Below are positions 55,760 through 64,000 of a DNA stretch of 64,000 bases, piece by piece. The DNA is taken from positions 29,226,540 to 29,290,539 of the forward strand of contig CM119265.1 of NCBI GenBank assembly GCA_051294375.1, in the 5' to 3' direction. Position numbers and translations under genes: made by a program. A model generated the notes under the pieces. The model did not search any database, had not been told where the DNA came from, and saw only the letters and a program-made list of their open reading frames with translations. Within the stretch, counting starts at the first letter, position 1, and each line of letters starts with the position of its first letter. Origin of the DNA: Paraspadella gotoi. Taxonomy: Eukaryota; Animalia; Chaetognatha.

Positions 55760-57718
55760 CGGCGGTGATATAATTCAGTGAAAACGTCTTCGGTCTCGAG
55801 TCTCCGTGATTCTCACTCGTTTCTCTCTCTCTCTCTCTCACTCCTCTCTTTACTCTTCGCTGGAAATTATCCATTTATTTTCCTAATTGACTCATTTGCA
55901 TAATAAGATATATTTTTTTGAAAGGGAAAATCCTCTCCTTAGAGGAAAATCCTTTTCCTCCAAAAATATTCGTCGTGATTTGAGTAAAGAATTTTTTTGG
56001 TTCATCATTTCTAAGAAATGAAGAGAATTTTCGGAAGTGAAGTGATGAACGAGTTAATTCAATCTTTTTTTTAAATTGAATGTTGTAGAAATGAAGGAGT
56101 CAGTTGAATCGTTTGAGAATGTAAACGATTGTTTGAGAGAGAGAGAGAGAGAGAGAGAGCGTCAGCGTCAGCTGCTTCCAAGCTTCTCGATTAGACTTTA
56201 TTTTTAATAGATAAAAACTCACACTAGGGGAAATTGTAACTCAGTAACAATAAAAAGTTTTACTTTTTATCGTAAAATATTTCTATTCATTCTATTTCAA
56301 AAGTTAAAACTCGCTTGTCTGTCTGTCTCTTCTTACGTCCGTCCATTTGTCCGATTCCATTGAAAAGTGAAAAAGTGAAAAAGTGAAAAAGTGAAAAAGT
56401 GAAAAAGTGAAAAAGTGAAAAAGTGAAAGAGTGAAAGAGTGGGTGATGCAATGAGTTCACGAGTTGGTTAGTGGAATTGATCATTAACTAGATTTTCTTT
56501 TGCCCATGACTGTTAACCACATCCTATCAGCTCATCATGTTCCTTTGTTCTTCAAGATCTCTTATTTGTTCTTTAAGTTCTCCTCTTTGTTCTTTATTTT
56601 CTTCAATACAATCTTTAAATTGTCCTCTTTCTTCAAGTTCTCCTCTTTTTTTCAAGTTCTCCTCTTTTTCTTCAATTTTTATAACTTTTTTATGTTCTAC
56701 AAGTTCTGCTCCTTTTTTTGAAGTTTTCTTTTATGTTCTTCAAGTTTTCCTCTTTGTTCTTCAATACCTTATTAGTTCTCCTCTGTGCCTACTCAGTTCT
56801 CCCCTTTTCTTATTAAGTTCTCCCCTTTCCGTAATAAGTTATCCCCTTTCTCTACTAAATTCTCTTTCTTTTCCCCTAGTTCTTCTTCTTCTTCTTCTTC
56901 TTTTTCTTCTTCTTCTTCTTATCTTCTATTATCTCTTCCTTCAGTCAAGTGCTTCATCCTCCTCCTCTTCCTCCTCCTCCTCCTCCTCCTCCTCCTCCTC
57001 CTCCTTACTGAAAGAGGCCTCCACTCAGAATGATTCTCCAACAAGAAAACTAATTAACTTTTTCCCTGAGTTCGAATCTTGTGTTCAAGAAATTTCCCTG
57101 GGCCGCGTCGGCCTGTCATCGTGGCCGAGTCTTTTAAAGAGATGGTGCTGAGACAAGGCGGCCGTTGGTTCGAAACCAGGTTTGAGTCTCTTTTTTTTAA
57201 TATTCATTGGATCATTGGTCGGAAATGAGTATATGTGACTTTTTCGCGCCTTTGACTAAATTTCATTTTGAATTATGATAAAAGTTAAAAATGTTAACAA
57301 TAAAAATTTATTGAAAGCACTTAAAAAAAACACTTAAAAAGTATAGATGGAACTGGAACTGATCATAATGATTACTTTTGGTAGTCTTTAGTAATATTAG
57401 TATTCTTTTGAAGGCCTGAGTTTGTCTCAGTATGCCTTAGAATCCCTTCCTTTTTCTATTGACATATATTTTTTTTTGTTCCCGGGCAACTGTTTAAGAC
57501 ATTTCCAACAAGATCACGAAAACAACGAAGACAACAACAACAACAACAACAACAGCCATTGAGAGATTTCAATTTCTCGCTCACAGGAATCACCCTGAGT
57601 CTCCCTCGCACCATAAAACCTTCTTCGCCCCAACTTGTGAGCCGTGAGCCCATGACCCTTTTCACGAGTTACACGTGAGAAAAGTTTATGAAGCGAGAAA
57701 TCGATTTTTACAATTTCG

Positions 57719-57741
57719 ATGTCGCGAACCGGGGAAGTGAG
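57719..57741 (+). CDS. First coding exon (MSRTGEV-R) of an immunoglobulin-superfamily cell-surface protein
   Basis: ATG TCG CGA ACC GGG GAA GTG AG followed by donor GTAAGG at 57742; the phase-2 end matches the phase-2 start of the exon at 58714. In the inverted copy (50578-50630) the upstream ATG is in frame (MKREIDFYISMSRTGEV), so the true start may correspond to 57688. Confidence 0.6.
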
Positions 57742-58713
57742 GTAAGGAAAGGGAGGAAAGGAAATGGAGAAGAAAGGGAGGAAAGGAAAGAGAGGAAAGG
57801 AAATGGAGAAGAAAGGGAGGAAAGGAAAGGGACGAAAGGAAATGGAGAAGAAAGGGAGGAAATGAAAGAGAGGAAAGGAAAAGAGAGGATAGGAATGGGA
57901 GGAAAAGAAAGGGAGAAAAAAGGGAGGAAAGGAAATGGAGAAGAAAGGGAGGAAAGAAATGGGATGGTAAGAAAAGAAAAGGAGGAAAAGAAAAGAAGAA
58001 AAGAATAGGGAAGTAAAGAGAAAAGGAGGGAAAAGGGGAAAGGAAAAAAGTAAAGAAAGAAAAAAAAGGATTTGAAAGGTAAAAAAAATGATGTAAAAGG
58101 GAGTAAAAAAAGGGAGTAATACTAAAATAAAAGATAAAAATAGAAGAAGGAAAGAATAAAATAAGAAAAGAAAAGAAGAGAAGAGACGATGAAAGAGGAA
58201 GCGAAGTCAGTAACCATTTTTGATGTGCGAAACTGTCATGGAATTTTTTAAAATTTTTCTGAAAACTTTTATGCAAAAGAAGAAAAGGAATTTGAGATGG
58301 AAAGAAGATTCTCTTCTCTTTCTTGCTCTTTTTTTCTTTCTTTTTTTCTTTTCTTTTAAGTTTTCTTTTCTTTTTTTTTCTTTTGTCTTTTTTTTTCTTT
58401 TATGTTATCTTTTATTCTATTCTTTTTTTCTTTTATTCTTTTCTTTTCTTTTTTTTACTTTTCTTTCTTTTCTTTTCTTTCCTTCATTTTTACTTTTCTT
58501 TCTTTTCTTTTCTTTTCTAGACTTTTCTTTTTAATATCTTTTTCAGCATCACCTTACTAATTTCTTGATGTCGTGATTCTTTTCATGTCAATTAAGATTT
58601 CAAATTTTATTTCGCGACGGGAAATTACAGTTAGAAAAAAAAAACCGTTAAAAATTGACTTTTTTTTGCCAATTCTTTAGTTTTTCATCTCCCCTCTCTT
58701 TTTTCCTCCACAG

Positions 58714-58951
58714 ACGTCGTCTCCTTTCCTCTCCTCCTTTCCCCTTCCTCCCTTCCTCTCCTTCCTTCCTCCCTTTCCTCCTCCTCCCCTTCCTCTTCTT
58801 CCTCCGTTCCTCCATCGCATTCGAGAACAAAAAAATGGCGGTGATGGAAGGAGCGACTGTGACGTTCGACTGCGAAACTGAGAGACCAGCGATCTGGATT
58901 CGTGCCAGGGGAAACAAGCTCCTCTCATTCGGGGCCAGGCCCTTTGATCAG
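58714..58951 (+). CDS. Exon encoding signal peptide plus N-terminal half of an Ig domain (Dpr/DIP/lachesin/IgLON-like)
   Basis: Polypyrimidine tract and CACAG acceptor at 58713, donor CAG|GTGAG at 58952. Translation RRLLSSPPFPFLPSSPSFLPFLLLPFLFFLRSSIA-FENKKMAVMEGATVTFDCETERPAIWIRARGNKLLSFGARPFDQ: hydrophobic signal ending S-I-A, then Ig motifs V-x-EG-x-TVTF-x-C and W-x-R. Downstream exons not identified. Confidence 0.72.
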
Positions 58952-60087
58952 GTGAGCCTCGATTTCAAATAGGATTGGCTACAATTACTGCTTAGCGGTA
59001 AGATTTTTTTGTTGAAAGGTGAATAGAAATATTATTGGAACGAGTCAACTAATTAACCCTAAATCTTTAAAAAAATATATTTAATTTTATAAATAGGAGA
59101 ACTGACTGTACAAAACAAAGCTTTATATGGTATTCAGTTTCGTGACTAACCTGACCCAAATGGCAATGCCCTTCACACCACAATGACACAACTTTAAAGA
59201 GAATTGCTATCATCAAAATTGAAAAACTTGATAGCCATCAACTTTCTTTAATTTTCAACTGAAATAAAAAAAACAACTTATTTCCTCTTTTTTTTCTACC
59301 AACGTAAAAAAAATTGGCAACCATAACAAAACTTTTTTTTGGCCACGAAAGGCAACTTTTTTTCGCTGAATGCTATTTTTAGCCCAGAATGACTTTTTTT
59401 GGCCAAAAAAAAGGGATTTTTCCTCCCGGGGTCACCATTCATTTAAGGGCAATCGCTCCGTTCAGAACCGAAACACGCCGGACGTCCCAACCAGCTGAGC
59501 TCTCTCTCTCTCTCTCTCTCTTTCTCTCTTATCCTCTCTCTCTCTCATCTCTCTCGTCCATCTTTCTCTTCTCTCTCTCTCTATCGATGATTTACCTAGC
59601 CTCTCCATACCTTTCTGCATTCTCCCCTTTTCCCTCCCTCCCCTCTTTCTCCCTTCTCTACCTCCCCCCCTCCCTCTCTCGCTCCACTAATTCTTGCCCA
59701 GTCTCTTCCCTCTCTTCCCTTCCCCCCTCTCTCCCCCTCTCCCCTCTCCTTTCCCCTCTCCCACTCCCTATCCCTCTCTCCCTCTCTCGCTCCATATTTC
59801 TTGGCCACATTCCCCTTTTTGTCATTCGGTTATGTCGGTCATAACATCCGCGCTGCTAAACCAACTCGGGTCAGCTTCCCGGGTTTTTTCAGGTAGCGAG
59901 TCCAACGGAGAACCCTTTCTCTTTTTTTAAAAAACCACAAAATTTATTGCTCTCTCTCTTTTCTCTCCTCTTTCTCCTCTCTCTTCTCGCTCTTTCTCTC
60001 TCTTATTCCTCTCCCGTTCTCGTATATATAATATATAAATATATATATTTACCTCTTCTCTTTTTCTCTCTCTCTCTCTCGTCTCTC

Positions 60088-60134
<47 letters not shown>

Positions 60135-60933
60135 CTCTTCTCATTTCTTCCTTTTCTCCCACTTTATTTGTAAAACTATTGGTAAAACATTAATATACAT
60201 TATAATATTATTTTTATATATTTCTCTTTTTTTCATAATCTTTTTTCTTTTTCTTTCCTTTACTTTCTTTTTTTCTTTCTTTTTTTCTCATCCTTTCTTT
60301 TCTTCACTCAACCCATGTACACGCTGCGTTTGTTTTACAAAAAGTCAGATCCGTCTCCCATTAATCCTCCAATCTCCTCTACTCCTCCCTTCTCCTCTTC
60401 TTCTTCTCTTCCTCCTCCTCCTCACTCCTCCTCCTCCATCTCCCTACCTTCTATTTCAAAGAGCATTAATTTTCTTCTTTATCCCGTCTCATTATTGCAG
60501 CTTCATTATTTTTTCTCACCGTCTATAAATTCTTCTTCTTATTTGTTTTACTTAAATTTTAATATTAATTAAGCAGATTAAATAAGAATTATCTGGGAAT
60601 CATTACGATATAAATAATTATCAAAACAGGTCAGAACATGCTCAGGACAAGCATTTTTTTTTAATTGACGATTGGATAAACTACTAAAGAAAAACTTAAG
60701 AATTGACTAATTAAAAAAGAATAAAAATTCATTAGCTAAAAATTACTCAACATTCACGTAATTCAAAATACGCGATTTAATTCATACCATTAATAGGGAA
60801 TTTCTTATAACTATAAATTTTTTAGAACTCCATGAAGAACATGCGCTTAAAATTGGTAATTTTTTTGCCAATTTTACTGTTTTAGATAATTCATGAATTC
60901 TATGTGTGAAAAACTTTAACCTTGCCCTTCTTC

Positions 60934-60973
<40 letters not shown>

Positions 60974-61033
60974 ACATCACAAATTGGTGATTAAACTTTC
61001 CTTTCGTTGTGTGTTGAGATAGTTTAAAAATAG

Positions 61034-61117
61034 AAGACGAAGTCTTGATACATTCAAACGATTTTATTTAAAAAAAAAAAAAAATAATAATCGTTGAATG
61101 TATCAAGACTTCGTCTT
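61034..61117. repeat. Near-perfect ~84-nt hairpin
   Basis: aagacgaagtcttgatacattcaaacgatt pairs with aatcgttgaatgtatcaagacttcgtctt (one bulge) around an A-rich loop. Confidence 0.9.
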
Positions 61118-61915
61118 AATTTCAATAACTCACAAATATGTATTGCTAATTCACAAATATTAATCGCTTGATGAAGGCTCGAAAATAGTGAGCCAAAGAA
61201 CTATTGTCTGCGTTTGTTACAAATAAATCGTTGTAAACAATCAAAAACTTGCTAATGTGTTAGATAAAAATAATAAAACAAAGAAATGGATAAATAAATT
61301 AAACCACCGAAATGAAACTTATACATAAAAACGTTCATGTAGTTCTCCAACTAATAAATACTTAATGAATTATGTTTTAAAATTAATTTAAAGTATAGTA
61401 AAAGATTTTTTCGGTTGTCACTCGCGAACGGACACGGGGTATAAGCTAAAAATTTAACAAATTAAGCAAATGAAAAGTTTTTGTAAATTTGCTCAAAAAA
61501 TAGGAACTGATTTTTTTTTTTTAAAAAAACTTTTAAGTGAGTTTAATTATTTTAAAACTGATAGCAAATAAAAAAAGCTTGATTAAAGCTTCACATCCAT
61601 AAAAAAGTTTAGAAGACGCAATCATTAAATCCATCCTTACGCACCAATAATATACTTCCTGCTCAATTATCTATATGAATTTGCGGCAAACAGATCTGTC
61701 TCCTTGTCTCACTAAACCTTTGCACCACGCCCTTCCCCCTTAGACTCACAATCCCTTCCCCCTTAGACTCTACAACACCGGTTCCACACTTCGACGAACG
61801 TTTTCAATAAAAATGATCGGAGACTCGAAAATAACTTCGTTGAGAAAATCATTCAGTCATTCGAAGAAAGGGTTTTAACCTTGATGGAAAGAGAGGGGAG
61901 GAGAAAAGTAATTTC

Positions 61916-62000
<85 letters not shown>

Positions 62001-62127
62001 AGAAATTTCCCTCCACCTTTTCAATTCGTTGGAACAAAATTCCAGTTTCCTATAATTCCGTTTCATCACCTTTTCCTCTTGGAGAATTCGGGGGAGAGAG
62101 AGAGAGAGGAGGAGGGAAAGCAGAGAG

Positions 62128-62178
<51 letters not shown>

Positions 62179-62703
62179 AGAGAGAGGAGAGAATCATGGG
62201 ATAAGCAGGATAGAAAGAGAAAGAGGAGCATAGCAACAATACAGACAGATTGAATGGAACGTTTGCCACATTCTCCGCTCTTTCTATTAACCATATTTGG
62301 ATTTCGTCCTTATTTATTGTTCTCAGTCATATTCACCTCGGCCAAGTCCAACCTTTTTTTACATTAATTTGGTAGACAAATCATCGAACATAGTCGTCAA
62401 GTCCAAACTCTGTTTTTTACTCGTTTTGGAGCGTGGTTTTACCTGCGTTTTTGCATTCTGTTTCTCCGTAATAATAACTTTCTGTAGAAGACTCTCTGCA
62501 AAACGTCGTTGGACATAAAGACAGATACAAAACAGAAGCAAAACAGACGAACAACAATCACACAAAAACAAAAAAAATAAGACAGCCAAAAGATAAAAAG
62601 AGGGAAAGAAAAAGAAATATTTAAAATTCCATTTCGCGTTTTCGCCCATCGTTTATGATCGGTTCTGATTACCGACCCCCGATTAGTGCCAGGGAATTTA
62701 TAC

Positions 62704-63443
62704 TTTTTTTAGTCGGGTCTGCTTATCCAGCAGATTCGACTCTATATTTCACTTTGTCGTTGTCCTTCGGTCCCGACCTCAATCTTGTTCGGGGACCAAC
62801 TTATATCATGTCAGAACATCGAATTATTGATAAAGTATGCAAAAAAAAAACGATGTCCGTCGTGCCGTGTCCGTCCCTAACCTTTACAAAAACACCCAAT
62901 TACTCGTGGATTGGATGGATGGACTTGAAATGCAATTTTGTGTGTGCGGTAAGGGAAGTGTGTGATCTGAGTCTGGATATAGGTTCGATGGTCTCCGAGT
63001 GGCAAATGAGTTTAAATGGAAAAAACAAAAAAATATATTTCACTATTTGAACAGCCAATTCTGCCATGAGTGGATTGGGGCGATAGACTTGAAATTTGGT
63101 ATTTGGGTAGAAGTGTGTGATAAACTGGAAATCAGTTTCGATAGAATCGTTTGAGTGTGAATAGTCTTAAGATGGAAAAACAAAGAACCTGTTTCAGCTA
63201 ATGATGAGCTCTTTTCTGTTTATTTTAAAAATGGAAAATGCAAGATGTAATTAATTACTTAAATAATTAATGCAGTTAATTATCAAATTAGTAGCAATAA
63301 TTAATCAATCAAAATGAAACTTTTTGGATCAAATTATTAATTAATTGCCTAATTAATTAAAGTAACTTAAATTATTAAATTCAATTAATTAATTACCGAT
63401 AATGACGTGGGCAGATCCGACATTTGCTTCAAAACTCTTGTTT
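62704..63443 (+). mobile_element. HINE-like element, copy 2
   Basis: T-run, GTCGGGTCTGC (62712-62722), partial inverted repeat GCAGATTCGAC (62730-62740), ~170 bp similar to 10108-10260, and 3' GCAGATCCGAC (63411-63421) followed by atttgcttcaaaactcttgttt. Confidence 0.6.
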
Positions 63444-64000
63444 AAATATTCATTTCGACTCATATTATTATATAATATATAGGTTATTCCAGCTTCTTGA
63501 ATGACTTGAACCCGCTTTTCTTAAAACTTACACAATATGGATTCGCTATTTAAATACACTTTTCCCATTTTATATTTTTTTTAATATCTGAATACAATGC
63601 TGTCAATAAAATCCTAAAGAGTCTCGTGGGTTTTTTCAGGCAGATCTTCAAAACATGTTTTTTAACATTTTGTTTTTGGTTGATGAATAGATCGAATTTT
63701 CTTCAAACTGGAGCGTCTGGAATTCGTCTTTCAATAAGAGTTTAACCGGTTTAAACCGTACAAAAAAAAATGAATACAATTAAAACTGGTTCTTACAAGT
63801 TCTTACTAAACGTACGTACCTGGAAAGATAAATTGTTTTTTATTAATGTATTGCATAATTTTTTTTTGGTTTTAACCCAATTTCAATGAAAGTTATGAGT
63901 TAAGAGCTAAGAATAATATGGCATAAAAAATTGAATGCAAAATAAAAGAAGCGAAGAGAAATTGGAGAAAGAAAAGAAAACTGTCAAGATGCACTCGGTT

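Larger units (their letters stand above)
49040..59272. repeat. ~5-kb-arm quasi-palindrome (49040-54047 vs 54208-59272) with ~160-bp spacer
   Basis: Centre: cgaaggttaaaggtcag (to 54047) and ctgacctttaaccttcg (from 54208). Outer ends: tttcagttgaaattaaagaaagttgatggc and gccatcaactttctttaattttcaactgaaa. Extra 70-bp local inversion at 55750-55820. Confidence 0.92.

Noticed and set aside
1-64000. Dozens of ORFs rich in LSLS, RERE, F/L/S, poly-V/T/R or X
   Set aside because: They are translations of (GA)n, (ACG)n, purine/pyrimidine tracts or N-gaps, which lack stop codons by composition.

Overview
AT-rich, microsatellite-saturated eukaryotic (most likely invertebrate metazoan) genomic DNA from a gapped, long-read gap-filled assembly; nothing prokaryotic and no CRISPR. 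Most ORFs in the supplied track are artefacts of (GA)n, (ACG)n, purine tracts or N-gaps. Supportable content: (1) the first two exons of an Ig-superfamily cell-surface gene (57719-57741 and 58714-58951, +), with an indel-damaged inverted copy at 49357-50630; (2) a 1.84-kb repeat-built ORF or large exon (44980-46820); (3) a degenerate LINE reverse-transcriptase relic (~8580-9780) and a Gypsy-type gag fragment inside a minisatellite (13239-13444); (4) a CCA-ending tRNA-Leu 3' half, present three times, once between ~21-bp direct repeats; (5) a non-autonomous family with Helentron/DINE-1-like (HINE) architecture and a second unclassified dispersed repeat; (6) three large fold-back regions (19.0-27.4, 35.2-37.3, 49.0-59.3 kb), each tied to exact 25-N gaps and probably assembly artefacts. 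I found no convincing new biological system; the best leads are the tRNA-CCA retrocopy, the repeat-built ORF and the HINE-like family. Coordinates were read by eye and repeat boundaries are approximate.
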